Made by a program: the position numbers and the translations under genes
Shown here: positions 27,136-36,688 of the stretch, in pieces
Position numbering within the stretch: the first letter of the stretch is position 1
Layout of the letters: every line of letters begins with the position of its first letter
From: Candidatus Palauibacter australiensis
GTDB lineage: Bacteria > Gemmatimonadota > Gemmatimonadetes > Palauibacterales > Palauibacteraceae
Reading direction: 5' to 3'
Length of the DNA: 64,000 nt
Assembly: GCA_026705295.1 (NCBI GenBank)
Contig: JAPPBA010000136.1
Span: forward strand, 961-64,960
The notes under the pieces: generated by a model
Seen by the model: only the letters and a program-made list of their open reading frames with translations
Databases searched by the model: none
What the model was told of the DNA's origin: nothing

Positions 27136-27262
27136 CGCACACCTCCGGGGCAGGGGCAGGGACAGCCGCAGGCTGAGCCTCTCAACCTGTAAGGACGTTG
27201 ACATGACGAAAAGGGTTTTCCGCCGTTGAGGTTCCGTTGAGCCGGGGGCGGATATCCGTGGT

Positions 27263-28837
27263 ATGTTGCGAACGATGATCGAGCCGCGCGCCCCCCACCC
27301 GGAATCCGTCCTCCGCGACGTGTTCGGCTACGACGAATTTCGGCCCGGTCAGGCGCACATCATCGACGCGGTGCTGGCGGGGCGGGATTGCATCGGCGTC
27401 ATGCCCACCGGGGCGGGGAAGTCGCTCACCTTCCAGATTCCGGCGCGGCTCATGCCGGGGACGGTCGTCGTCCTCTCGCCCCTCATCAGCCTGATGAAGG
27501 ACCAGGTCGACGCCCTCCTCGACCTCGGGTTCCGGGCCACGGCGATCAACTCGTCGCTCGCGGCGGACGAGCGCCGGCGCCGGCTGCGCGGGTTCGAGCG
27601 CGGAGACTATGAACTCGTCTACCTGGCGCCGGAAGCTCTGGGGCCGCACATGCGGCAGCGCCTGCGTTACGCGCCGCTGTCCCTGATCGTCGTCGATGAG
27701 GCGCACTGTATTTCGCAATGGGGACACGACTTTCGCCCGTCCTACCGGGCGCTTCAGGGACTGCGGGACGAGATTCTCGACCAAGGCGCGGGAGGGAACG
27801 GGTTGCCGATCCTCGCGCTCACCGCGACCGCCACCCGCCGGGTCGCGGCCGACATCATTCGACAGTTGGGAATGAGGAAGCCCGAGGGATACAAGGGTTC
27901 CTTCTTTCGCTCGAACCTCCGCGTCGTCTGCCGGAAGAAGGGGGAGGGGAATACGCGGGCCGAGATTCTGGGGCTCATCCGCCGGCACCGGGGGGAGAGC
28001 GGGATCGTCTACTGTCTGTCGCGAAAGTCCGTGGAACAGATGGCGGAGTTCCTCCGGCGCGAGGGCGTCGACGCGGTCCCGTACCACGCGGGGCTTGACG
28101 ACGACGCGCGGGCCGAGCATCAGGACGCGTTCGCCCGCGATGAGGTCGACGTGGTCGTGGCGACGATCGCCTTCGGGATGGGGATCGACAAGTCCAACGT
28201 GCGCTTCGTCATCCACCGGGACATGCCGTCCGACATCGAGTCGTGGTACCAGGAGATCGGACGTGCCGGGCGGGACGGGCTGCCCAGCGACTGCGTGCTC
28301 TTCTACTCGTGGGCGGACGTGAAGGTACGCGAGCGGTTCCTCGCCGAGATCGACGATCCGACGGTGCGCGAGGCCAAGCGCCGGGCGGCTGTCGACCTCT
28401 TCCGGCTCGCGGACCGCGACGCGTGCCGCCACCGCGGGCTGCTCGCCTACTTCGGGGAGGATTTCGAGGCGTGCGGCGAGTCGTGCGATGTGTGCACGGG
28501 ACTCGGCGTGACGGATCTCGTGGACGTGCTCCCCGTGCTCAAGCGCAAGCCTCGGGCTGGACGCGCGGGCGGCCGCGTTGCCGCGGGGCGGGCCACCGCG
28601 GCCGACGCCGACCGGTCGCCGTCGGACCCCACCTTCCAGCGCCTCCGCACGCTGCGGAAGGAACTGGCGGACGCGCGCGGCGTCCCCGCCTACATCGTGT
28701 TCAGCGACCAGGTGCTGTGGGACCTGATCGACCTGCGTCCCGGCTCGCCCGAGGAGATGCTGCGCGTTCCCGGCATCGGCCCCGCCAAGCTCGAGCAGTA
28801 CGGCGACGTGTTCCTCGACGCGCTGCGCGACGGCTGA
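27263..28837 (+). CDS. recQ: ATP-dependent DNA helicase RecQ (short form, 524 aa)
   Basis: FGYDEFRPGQAHIIDAVLAGRDCIGVMPTGAGKSLTFQIPA (Walker A). VVDEAHCISQWGHDFRPSY (DEAH box). ATIAFGMGIDKSNVRFVIH. C-terminal HRDC-like GVPAYIVFSDQVLWDLIDLRP...VPGIGPAKLEQYG. Confidence 0.9.
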   Translation: MLRTMIEPRAPHPESVLRDVFGYDEFRPGQAHIIDAVLAGRDCIGVMPTGAGKSLTFQIPARLMPGTVVVLSPLISLMKDQVDALLDLGFRATAINSSLAADERRRRLRGFERGDYELVYLAPEALGPHMRQRLRYAPLSLIVVDEAHCISQWGHDFRPSYRALQGLRDEILDQGAGGNGLPILALTATATRRVAADIIRQLGMRKPEGYKGSFFRSNLRVVCRKKGEGNTRAEILGLIRRHRGESGIVYCLSRKSVEQMAEFLRREGVDAVPYHAGLDDDARAEHQDAFARDEVDVVVATIAFGMGIDKSNVRFVIHRDMPSDIESWYQEIGRAGRDGLPSDCVLFYSWADVKVRERFLAEIDDPTVREAKRRAAVDLFRLADRDACRHRGLLAYFGEDFEACGESCDVCTGLGVTDLVDVLPVLKRKPRAGRAGGRVAAGRATAADADRSPSDPTFQRLRTLRKELADARGVPAYIVFSDQVLWDLIDLRPGSPEEMLRVPGIGPAKLEQYGDVFLDALRDG

Positions 28838-28839
28838 TC

Positions 28840-29928
28840 TCACGACTTCGTCCAGATCACGACGACGCCGCAGCGCGATTCCATCCCGGCGAACTCGGCC
28901 GGCAACTCGGAGGGGCCCAGGTACACTTCGACCCCCGCGATCTCGATTGGAAGGACGAAGTCGTTGATGTTCGCTACGCCACCGCCCCCAATCCGACCCC
29001 TGCGCACGATGAGGCTGCCGTCCAGGTAGATGTTCATCAGGCAGCCATCGGTCGAAGAGATGTCCGATATCCGGGTGTTGTACAGCTTGCAGCTGTTCTG
29101 CCGCACGCCGCAGTTCCGGAGTCGGATCCCCGGGATATCGGCGACCATCTGCGTGATCCGGAGGGGACTTCGGCGCTCGATGTCCTCGGCCGTGAAGAAC
29201 GTGCCGCCTGCGACCAGTTCGCCCCAGTATTTTCTCTCGTAGAAGCCCTGGGTTTCCAGTCGGCGAGACCGTACCACGGTGGCGACCAGCGGCTCCAACT
29301 CCACCGGTTCCGGGACGAGACCGATCTCGATTTCCGTCGTGTGCCCGCGGGCCACCGCGACCGAATGGCGGAAAGGCGCATACCCGATGTGGCGCACGGC
29401 GATCTCGCGCCGGCCGACGGGGACGCCGGTGAGGACGAAGCGGCCCCGCCGATTGCTCGAGACTTCGCCGGCGTTGCCGAGGATGGACACCGCCGCCGCG
29501 GCCACGGGCTCATCCGTGGCGGCATCGCGGACAAGGCCCACGAGCCGTCCGGTGCCGGCCTCCGAGAGCAGGAGCCGAAGCTCCACGTCGTGCGGCATCC
29601 CCGCTTCGAGAGCCACGACGGCTTCCGGGCTGGATGCGTCTCCGAACTCGGCCCAGAGCGTGGCCTCGCCCGCGTCCCGCGGAGCGCAGAGAAGCAAGTG
29701 TCCGTCCGTGCCGGCGCTTTCCCGCACGGGTCGCCGCACCGCGTCCGTCCAGCGCAGGACCACGGAGGCTCCGGGGATCGGAATGAAGCCGGACTCGTCC
29801 ACCACCGAGACCCGGAGGGAGGCCCGGCCGTCGCAGTCGTCCATCGACTGGCCCTCCACACCGAGGGGGACGACAACCGGTTGCAGCGCGACCAGAACGG
29901 CCAGCGCCAACGCTCGTCCGTGATGCAT
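28840..29928 (-). CDS. CarboxypepD_reg-like domain(s) plus TonB-plug-like C-terminal domain, no beta-barrel (paralog of 40934..41767)
   Basis: Internal ATG 29928 gives MHHGRALALAVLVALQPVVVPLG (signal). Two Ig-like regulatory-domain segments (LRVSVVDESGFIPIPGASVVL; LVGLVRDAATDEPVAAAAVSILGNAGEVSSNRRGRFVLTGVPVGRREIAVRHIGY). Then FYERKYWG...FFTAEDIERRSPLRITQMVADIPGIRL and a terminal CGVVVIWTKS. Confidence 0.6.
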   Translation of the reverse strand: MHHGRALALAVLVALQPVVVPLGVEGQSMDDCDGRASLRVSVVDESGFIPIPGASVVLRWTDAVRRPVRESAGTDGHLLLCAPRDAGEATLWAEFGDASSPEAVVALEAGMPHDVELRLLLSEAGTGRLVGLVRDAATDEPVAAAAVSILGNAGEVSSNRRGRFVLTGVPVGRREIAVRHIGYAPFRHSVAVARGHTTEIEIGLVPEPVELEPLVATVVRSRRLETQGFYERKYWGELVAGGTFFTAEDIERRSPLRITQMVADIPGIRLRNCGVRQNSCKLYNTRISDISSTDGCLMNIYLDGSLIVRRGRIGGGGVANINDFVLPIEIAGVEVYLGPSELPAEFAGMESRCGVVVIWTKS

Positions 29929-30085
29929 GTCCGTCACTCCCGACACTAGGTTCCCGGATGCTGTTCGGAAGACGCCGAAATCACTTGCAGCGTCACATGG
30001 CTCCGACGCCCGACGCCGAGGTTCGACCCATGAAAGCCTCACACGCCGCAGCGCTGAAGACGCGCCGCTCCGGGTAGTGCAGCCG

Positions 30086-30919
30086 ATGCCGGAGGTCTTT
30101 TTCCACGTGGGGGCGGGGCGGGCGGCGTCGCGCTGGCTCCAGGAACGGGTGTTCCCGCACTTCCGGGGCGTGCGTTACGTGCCGCGTACCCGGTTTCGGC
30201 AGAGCGCGAAAGTGGTGCGGCGGGGCGGAGACCTTCCCGTTCTCGTGTCCCGGCAGCTCGGCTACCGCGAGTTGACGCCCGCGGTGGAGTGGTTCGCGCG
30301 CGCCGCGCCGGCGGCCCGGCCGATCCTGGTCCTGCGCCGCCACGATGAGTGGCTGCGGTCGGTGTATCTCCGGGAGATCAAGGAGCTGCGCTACGTCCCG
30401 TTCGAGGCCTTTATCGACTTCGAGCGCGATGAGGGCGCCCGGCCCCGGTCCTCGGCTTTCTTTCGCGAGCGGATCCGGGTGCTCGAGGATCACTTCGCAC
30501 ATCGGCCCCTCGTCCTCTTCTTCGACCGACTCATCGAAGATCCCCGGGGGTTCGTCCAGACCATCGCCGACTACGTGGGCGCGTCGTATGACGAGGCCCG
30601 GATCTCGTTCCGGCCGTCGAACCGGTCCTATCGCGACCGGCAGTACCGATTCCTGCGCGAGGTGGGCCGGCGCTGGCCGGTGAAGCAGCGCGAAGAACCC
30701 GGGCCCGCGGCCTCCCGGTGGCTCCGCGTGAGGTCTCGCCGTCTCGCCTGGCACGCAGGCGTGGCGCTCGGACGGGTCGCGCCGGAGCGGATCCTGAGTC
30801 CGGACCCGCTCCTCACCGGAGAGCAGCTCGCGCGCGCCCGGGCCTTCTACGAAGCGGACTGGGAGGCCTGCGTGGACTATGCCCGCCGGCACAACCCGGG
30901 ACTCATCGCCGGAGACTGA
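30086..30919 (+). CDS. sulfotransferase-like protein (tentative)
   Basis: Internal ATG 30086 gives MPEVFFHVGAGRAASRWLQERVFP (resembles the 5'-PSB loop of sulfotransferases). Later segments ILVLRRHDEWLRSVY and DYVGASYDE fit. Weak, motif-level call only. Confidence 0.45.
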   Translation: MPEVFFHVGAGRAASRWLQERVFPHFRGVRYVPRTRFRQSAKVVRRGGDLPVLVSRQLGYRELTPAVEWFARAAPAARPILVLRRHDEWLRSVYLREIKELRYVPFEAFIDFERDEGARPRSSAFFRERIRVLEDHFAHRPLVLFFDRLIEDPRGFVQTIADYVGASYDEARISFRPSNRSYRDRQYRFLREVGRRWPVKQREEPGPAASRWLRVRSRRLAWHAGVALGRVAPERILSPDPLLTGEQLARARAFYEADWEACVDYARRHNPGLIAGD

Positions 30920-31050
30920 CCTGACCCCGGGAAAGACCCAACCCCGGGACTGACCGAACGCCGCGGACGGCGGCGGACTCGCCGCATCCGGTCGCGCTCC
31001 CCAGATTCCCGCCCCTGCGATTCGTTTGCCGACGACATTCCGGAGGACGC

Positions 31051-31545
31051 ATGCCCCGACTACCCTTCGCCACCCGCCGCACCGCCCCCATCATGCCGGT
31101 CGCCTTGCCGCCGGCCGCGCCGCTGCCGGTTGCCTTGCTCCTGGCCGCCTTGCTTCCGGCGCTGCGTGCGGCGCCCGCCGCCGCCCAGGAGCGCTTTCCC
31201 GACCCGCCTCCGGATCACGGCCTGTACTCGGATGCGGTGCGGGTGGGAGATCTCGTATTCCTCGCAGGTGTCGTGAACCGCGATCCCGATCCCGCCACCC
31301 AGTTTCGCAACGCGTTCCGCCGCATCGGCCAGGTTCTCGAGGAAGCCGGGTCGAGCCTCGAGCGGGTGATCGACATCACCACCTATCACCTCGACATGCA
31401 CGCCCACATCGACACCTTCATCGAGGTCAAGGACGAGTTCCTTCCCGAGCTTCCATCCTGGACCGCGGTGGGGGTGACCGAACTCTACAGCCCAGGCGTG
31501 CTGATCGAGGTCAAGGTGATCGCTGCGGTCGATGATGAAGGCTGA
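31051..31545 (+). CDS. RidA/YjgF/L-PSP family protein with N-terminal signal peptide
   Basis: 164 aa. PVALLLAALLPALRAAPAAAQ is a signal peptide. GLYSDAVRVGDLVFLAGVV...VIDITTYHLDM...PSWTAVGVTELYSPGVLIEVKVIA matches the RidA family. Confidence 0.8.
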   Translation: MPRLPFATRRTAPIMPVALPPAAPLPVALLLAALLPALRAAPAAAQERFPDPPPDHGLYSDAVRVGDLVFLAGVVNRDPDPATQFRNAFRRIGQVLEEAGSSLERVIDITTYHLDMHAHIDTFIEVKDEFLPELPSWTAVGVTELYSPGVLIEVKVIAAVDDEG

Positions 31546-33544
31546 CGGCGAGCCCGTGACTCCGGTCCGCGCGCGCCGGATCGCGCTCGGTCTGGCGTTC
31601 GGGTTCGGGGTCGCGCTCTCGGGCTGCGGCGGCGACGAGGCCGCCATCGATACCGGCGAACGCTCGGAGCCGCTGACGGCGTATGCGGGCGACGACTGGC
31701 CGGTGTACGGCGGCGACCCCGGCGGTCTCAAGTATTCCTCGCTGACGGACATCGACCGCTCCAACGTCGCCGAACTCGAGGCGGCCTGGGTGTGGGAGAC
31801 GGGAGAGGAACCGATTCCGGACGCGGCGAGCCCCATCCAGGGCGAACGCGTGGCACCGGGCGCGTTCGAGGTGACGCCGATCGTCATCAACGACACGATG
31901 TGGCTCTCGACCCCCTACAGCCGGGTGGTCGCGCTGAACGCGGAGACGGGAGAGGAGTTCTGGAGCTACGATCCCAAGGCGTGGGAGTGGGGGAACCTCC
32001 ACCGCGGCTGTCGCTTCTGTCACCGCGGCATCGCGCAGTGGAGCGACGGAAGCGAGCGCCGGATCTTCCTCAACTCGCGATGGCGCCTGATCGCGCTCGA
32101 CGCCGCCACCGGCGAGCCGATTCCCGATTTCGGGGAGGGAGGCGAGGTCGACTTGACGGAAGGGCTCGCCTGGGACGCGAACCGGCTTCACATCTCCAAC
32201 ACTTCTCCCGCCGTCGTGTACGGGGACATCGTCATCGTGGGCAGCGGCGTCCCGGACAACCGGATCTACCGCCACAACCCCCCCGGCGACGTGCAGGCGT
32301 TCGACGCACGCACCGGCGAACTGCGCTGGACCTTCCACACCATCCCCAAGGAAGGGGAGTACGGGGTCGAGACGTGGGAGGACGAGTCCTGGTCCTACAC
32401 CGGCTCGGCGAACGTGTGGGCGCCGTTCTCGCTGGACCCCGAGCGGGGACTCCTCTACCTGCCCGTCTCCACCCCGAACAACGACTTCTACGGCGGACAC
32501 CGGCGGGGGCAGAACCTGTTCGCCGAATCGCTCGTGTGCCTGGACGCGCGGACGGGCGAGCGCGTGTGGCACTTCCAGACCGTTCACCACGGCCTGTGGG
32601 ACTACGACCTGCCCGCGCCCCCCGCCCTCGTGACGATCAATGTGGACGGGCGCGAAATCGACGCGGTCGTGGCGGTGGGGAAGACGGCGTTCACGTACGT
32701 GCTGGACCGCGAGACCGGCGAGCCGGTGTGGCCGGTCGAGGAGCGCGCGGTGCCGGAGAGCACGGTGCCTGGCGAGGTGCCGTGGCCGACCCAGCCGTTC
32801 CCGACGCGGCCCGCGCCGTTCTCCCGGCAGGGGATCACCGAAGACGACCTCATCGACTTCACGCCCGAACTGCGCGCGGAAGCGCTGGACGTATTCCGCC
32901 GCCACCGGACCGGGCCGATCTTCACCCCGCCCTCCGTCGAGGGGACAATCATGATGCCGGGCCTCATCGGCGGGGCGGGGTGGGGAGGCGCGGCCATCGA
33001 TCCCGAGAGCGGCCACATGTTCGTGAAGGCGTATGACGATCCCTTCCTGGCCCGGGTCGCCGAGGCGGAGCCGGGGACCGGGGACGCGGACTACCTCCCA
33101 AACTTCGCGAGCACTCTCTCGGTGGCCGGCGGGCTTCCGATCCTCAAGCCGCCTTACGGCACGATCACGGCGATCGACCTCAACACGGGCGACCACCTGT
33201 GGCAGCGTTCGTTCGGGGACGACTCCGCGATCCGCGAGCACCCGGCGCTCGCGGGCCTCAACCTCCCGCCCATGGGGGGCACGCCGCAGAGCCACGGCAC
33301 GACGTCGGGGCCGCTGGCGACGGCGGGTGGGATCGTCTTCCTGGCGGGCGGCACTCCGTGGCTCGAGGCCATGGATGTCCGCGATGGAGGCACGCTGTGG
33401 CGGGGGGACCTGGGTGAAGGGTTGGGGCGCGGCAACCCGATGACGTACCGCACCCGGTCCGGGCGCCAGTTCGTCGTCGTCGCCACCTCCGCCGACGGGC
33501 AGGTCGACTCGAAGCTGCAGGCGTTCGCCCTCCCGGCCCGCTGA
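31532..33544 (+). CDS. PQQ-dependent dehydrogenase (glucose/quinate/shikimate-type beta-propeller), lipoprotein
   Basis: 670 aa with lipobox VALSGCGGD. WPVYGGDPGGLKYSSLTDIDRSNVAELEAAWVW, repeated W-docking propeller blades, and HHGLWDYDLPAPP are typical of quinoprotein dehydrogenases. Overlaps the RidA gene by 14 nt. Confidence 0.85.
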   Translation: MMKADGEPVTPVRARRIALGLAFGFGVALSGCGGDEAAIDTGERSEPLTAYAGDDWPVYGGDPGGLKYSSLTDIDRSNVAELEAAWVWETGEEPIPDAASPIQGERVAPGAFEVTPIVINDTMWLSTPYSRVVALNAETGEEFWSYDPKAWEWGNLHRGCRFCHRGIAQWSDGSERRIFLNSRWRLIALDAATGEPIPDFGEGGEVDLTEGLAWDANRLHISNTSPAVVYGDIVIVGSGVPDNRIYRHNPPGDVQAFDARTGELRWTFHTIPKEGEYGVETWEDESWSYTGSANVWAPFSLDPERGLLYLPVSTPNNDFYGGHRRGQNLFAESLVCLDARTGERVWHFQTVHHGLWDYDLPAPPALVTINVDGREIDAVVAVGKTAFTYVLDRETGEPVWPVEERAVPESTVPGEVPWPTQPFPTRPAPFSRQGITEDDLIDFTPELRAEALDVFRRHRTGPIFTPPSVEGTIMMPGLIGGAGWGGAAIDPESGHMFVKAYDDPFLARVAEAEPGTGDADYLPNFASTLSVAGGLPILKPPYGTITAIDLNTGDHLWQRSFGDDSAIREHPALAGLNLPPMGGTPQSHGTTSGPLATAGGIVFLAGGTPWLEAMDVRDGGTLWRGDLGEGLGRGNPMTYRTRSGRQFVVVATSADGQVDSKLQAFALPAR

Positions 33545-34458
33545 TGGAGGCGATGACGGATGCCACGGACGGGACGGATCTCGCCCTCAAAGGGCAGGTC
33601 GCGGTCGTCACCGGGGCCAACTCGGGCGTCGGGAAGTCCGCCGCCGACCTCCTCGCGCGGGCGGGCGCCGACGTAACCCTGGTGTGCCGCAGCCGCGAGC
33701 GCGGGGAACCGGCGCTTGCCGACGTGCGGCAGGCGGGGGCTGCCGCGCGCGCGGATGTCCGCCTCGAAATCGCCGACCTATCGCTCCAGGCCGATGTCCG
33801 CGCCCTCGCCGACCGCCTGGCCGCCCGCTTCCCGGCGATCGACATCCTGGTGAACAACGCCGGCGTCTGGCTCCACCGGCGCGAGATCACGTCCGAGGGC
33901 TTCGAGGTCACGTTCGCGACGAACCACCTCGGCCATTTCCTCCTCACCCATCGCCTCCTCGCACCCCTCGCGGCCGGGCGGGGCCGGATCGTCAACGTGA
34001 GTTCCGAAGCCCACCGCAACGGGGACCTGCGCCGCGTCCCCCTCGAGTCCATCGTCCGCGGCGATGCGTGGAAGGGCGGTTTCCAGGCCTACGGCGACAC
34101 GAAGCTGGCCAACGCCCTCTTCACCTTCGAGTCGGTACGGCGCTGGAGCGCCCACGGAATCACCGCGAACGCCGTCCACCCCGGCGTCCTCCGCACGCAG
34201 ATCTGGCGGAAGAACCGCAGCGTGCTGGGCCTGCTCCTGAACGCGGCCAAGGGCCTGATGGCGAAACCCGAGGTCGGCGGCCACGCCGTGATGCGGCTCG
34301 TCGCGGACCCCGCCCGCGAGGAGGTGACCGGGCGCTACTTCAAGGTGGAGTCCGAGGTCGCCGCGACGGCCCAGGCCTACGACGAGGATCTCGCCCGGGA
34401 ACTGTGGGACCGGAGCCTCGAATGGACCGATGTCGCCAGGAAAGACGGTCCCCGCTAA
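33544..34458 (+). CDS. SDR-family oxidoreductase (retinol-dehydrogenase-like)
   Basis: 304 aa. VAVVTGANSGVGKS (TGxxxGxG), NNAG, and YGDTKLANAL (YxxxK). Start overlaps the PQQ-dehydrogenase stop (TGATG). Confidence 0.9.
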   Translation: MEAMTDATDGTDLALKGQVAVVTGANSGVGKSAADLLARAGADVTLVCRSRERGEPALADVRQAGAAARADVRLEIADLSLQADVRALADRLAARFPAIDILVNNAGVWLHRREITSEGFEVTFATNHLGHFLLTHRLLAPLAAGRGRIVNVSSEAHRNGDLRRVPLESIVRGDAWKGGFQAYGDTKLANALFTFESVRRWSAHGITANAVHPGVLRTQIWRKNRSVLGLLLNAAKGLMAKPEVGGHAVMRLVADPAREEVTGRYFKVESEVAATAQAYDEDLARELWDRSLEWTDVARKDGPR

Positions 34459-34524
34459 CCGCCAGCCGTTTTCACAGTTGCGATCTCGGCTCGTGCCGCG
34501 CATCTTCATCTGACCTTCCTAATT

Positions 34525-34549
34525 GAGAATGATTCTCATTATCATTATC
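34525..34549. promoter_or_regulatory. Fur box
   Basis: GAGAATGATTCTCATTATC (34525-34543) matches the 19-bp Fur consensus GATAATGATAATCATTATC at 16/19 positions. It is extended by another ATTATC hexamer (34544-34549). This is the only strongly AT-rich patch in the region, 16 nt upstream of ATG 34565. Confidence 0.6.
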
Positions 34550-34564
34550 GCCGAGGTCGAGCCG

Positions 34565-35578
34565 ATGCTGAACAGATTACGGGCGTCCTGCGGCGCCCTG
34601 GGATTGATCTGGACGTTGAGCGGGTGTGCGTCCGCAGGGGGACCGCAACCCGCCGTCGAACTGACTTCCGGCCCCGAGCGCACGGGAGCTGCGCCCGAAT
34701 CGGCGCCTCGTCCCGGGATTCTCGTCATGGCGCACGGGGGCGGCGAGGAGTGGAACGGACGGGTCGAGGACGCCGTGCGGCCGCTGCGGGACAGGGTCCC
34801 CGTGTCCCTGGCGCTCGGGATGGCCAATCCCGCGACCATGCAGGCCGCCCTCGACTCGCTCGCGAATGAAGGCGTGAACACCGTGGCGGTCGTGAGGCTG
34901 TTCGTGTCCGGGGCGTCGTTTCTGCACCCGACGGAATTCCTGCTCGGCCTCCGCCCCGACCCCCCGAAACGCGCGATGGTGGGGCACCGAATGGTGAGTG
35001 GGACGGAGCTCGATCCGCTGGCGAACGGCAGCCGGATCCTGCTGGAGATGGAGGGGCTGGGAGGGTCCGATCAGGCGGCTCGCATCCTGGTCGACAGGGC
35101 CTCCGGCGCCGGCATTCCCCCGGCCGAGAGCGGCGTGCTGCTGCTCGCGCACGGCATGGGTGATGAAGGCGAGGACCGGCAGGTGCTACGCTCCATGGAG
35201 GATGCGGCCCGGGCCCTGAGCGACGGCGGCTACGCGGAGGTCCACGTCGGCACGCTGCGAGAAGACTGGGCCAGCGCGAGGGAAGAGGCGGAGGAGCGGA
35301 TCAGGGGGCTGGTCGCCGGCATGGGGGAGCGCCACCGGCACGTCCTCGTGGTCCCGTACCGCGTGTCCGGCTTCGGCCCCTACGCCGACGTGCTGGAAGG
35401 CCTCGAATACGTTGCCACCGAGGGCTTCCTGCCCCATCCCCTCATCACCGACTGGATCGCGGCGAAGGCTACGGCGCGCTTCTGCGCCACCGGTCTCGTC
35501 TCGCCGCTCGGACCCTGTACCCCTGCCGCGGGAGGGCGCGCGCCGTCCGCCGTCCGCGAGCAGCCATCGAACCCCTGA
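34565..35578 (+). CDS. CbiX/SirB-like (class II chelatase fold) lipoprotein, two-domain
   Basis: ATG 34565 gives MLNRLRASCGALGLIWTLSGCASAG (lipobox). Two chelatase-like halves begin ILVMAHGGGEEW... and VLLLAHGMGDEGED..., each followed by an alpha/beta pattern (VNTVAVVRLFVSG; HVLVVPYRVSG). Confidence 0.55.
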   Translation: MLNRLRASCGALGLIWTLSGCASAGGPQPAVELTSGPERTGAAPESAPRPGILVMAHGGGEEWNGRVEDAVRPLRDRVPVSLALGMANPATMQAALDSLANEGVNTVAVVRLFVSGASFLHPTEFLLGLRPDPPKRAMVGHRMVSGTELDPLANGSRILLEMEGLGGSDQAARILVDRASGAGIPPAESGVLLLAHGMGDEGEDRQVLRSMEDAARALSDGGYAEVHVGTLREDWASAREEAEERIRGLVAGMGERHRHVLVVPYRVSGFGPYADVLEGLEYVATEGFLPHPLITDWIAAKATARFCATGLVSPLGPCTPAAGGRAPSAVREQPSNP

Positions 35579-35602
35579 ACGGCGCTGGATTTCGACCCGG
35601 AG

Positions 35603-36688
35603 ATGGTGCACATGCACAGAAGCACATTCGTCTCGGCGCGGATTCCGTTCCGCGTGCTGACGATTCTATTCATGATCGCGGCCGTGGCGGCCTGCGAATC
35701 GGAAGTCGCCGCTCCCGAGGAGGAGACCTTCGAAGAGGGCGTGATCTCGATCGATGCCTCCTCTCCCGTCTCCTTCGCCTATGTGAGTCTGACCGGCGGC
35801 GGACTGCTCCAGAACCCCGCGGACGCTGGCAGTTCCACGTCGTGGGACATGGCCTTCCGCAGGTTCTCCGTCCGGTTGAACGGGGGCGTTGCGGGCCCCG
35901 GCTCGGTGTCCGCGGTCAGCCTGGGAAACAACGCGAACCTGACGGCGGATCAGGTCACGGCGCTGACCCCGCAGGATGGGGAAGCGGCGTTCGCGGCGGT
36001 CAGTGAGGCCGACATTCCGGCGGCGGGATTCGTCGAGGATGCCCTGGCGCCGGAGACCGGTCCATCGTGGTTCCGCTTCGACCGCCAGTCGGGCTCGATC
36101 GTGGCGAACCCCGGCGCGGCCTGGAAGCTGCGCGAGGGTTCGGACCGCGGGTTCGGGGTAATTCGCATGGTGGACATCGCGATGCAGGGAGAGCGGCCCG
36201 TGGGCGCGACCATCCAGTTCCGCCGTCACGACCCGGGCGGCAGCCTCGGCGCGCCGGCAACGCTCGCGCTGGACCTCACCCGCGGCCCCGTGTACCTGAG
36301 CCTGTCGAGCGGGATCGTGCGCGACCCCGCAAGCTGTGACTGGGATGTCGCGACGTCGCCCGAGTTCACGATACTGGTGAACGAAGCCTGCGGCGCGGGG
36401 ACCTTCCCGCTCGACGCGACGGACGATTTCACGGCGCTGGCCCAGGCCGACGACGCGCCGGACTACGCCGGTTTCCTCTCGACGATCGCCGGCGCGTTTC
36501 CGGCCACGGTGGGAGACGCGCGGGGTACGTTCTGGTACAGCATCCAGCAGAACAATCGCATGTGGCCGACGTACAACGTCTTCCTCGTGCGGGTGGGCGC
36601 GGAGATCTACAAGGTGCAGGTCTTCGACTACTACAACGCGACCGGAGATGCGGGGTATCCGTCCGTGAGGTTCCAGCGGCTCCGGTGA
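35603..36688 (+). CDS. HmuY-like lipoprotein (putative haem/tetrapyrrole-binding)
   Basis: 361 aa with lipobox IAAVAACESE. SSTSWDMAFRRFSVRLNGG and the C-terminal VRVGAEIYKVQVFDYYNATGDAGYPSVRFQRL resemble HmuY-family signatures as I recall them. Located directly upstream of a TonB-dependent receptor. Confidence 0.55.
   Translation: MVHMHRSTFVSARIPFRVLTILFMIAAVAACESEVAAPEEETFEEGVISIDASSPVSFAYVSLTGGGLLQNPADAGSSTSWDMAFRRFSVRLNGGVAGPGSVSAVSLGNNANLTADQVTALTPQDGEAAFAAVSEADIPAAGFVEDALAPETGPSWFRFDRQSGSIVANPGAAWKLREGSDRGFGVIRMVDIAMQGERPVGATIQFRRHDPGGSLGAPATLALDLTRGPVYLSLSSGIVRDPASCDWDVATSPEFTILVNEACGAGTFPLDATDDFTALAQADDAPDYAGFLSTIAGAFPATVGDARGTFWYSIQQNNRMWPTYNVFLVRVGAEIYKVQVFDYYNATGDAGYPSVRFQRLR

Noticed and set aside
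34523-34564. TTG start at 34523 proposed by the ORF track for the CbiX-like gene (MRMILIIIIAEVEP...)
   Set aside because: These codons are the AT-rich Fur box itself. The lipoprotein signal peptide begins at ATG 34565.
36562-36684. N-terminal extension of the TonB-dependent receptor ORF
   Set aside because: It overlaps the 3' end of the HmuY-like gene in another frame. The signal peptide starts at GTG 36685, which overlaps the upstream stop.
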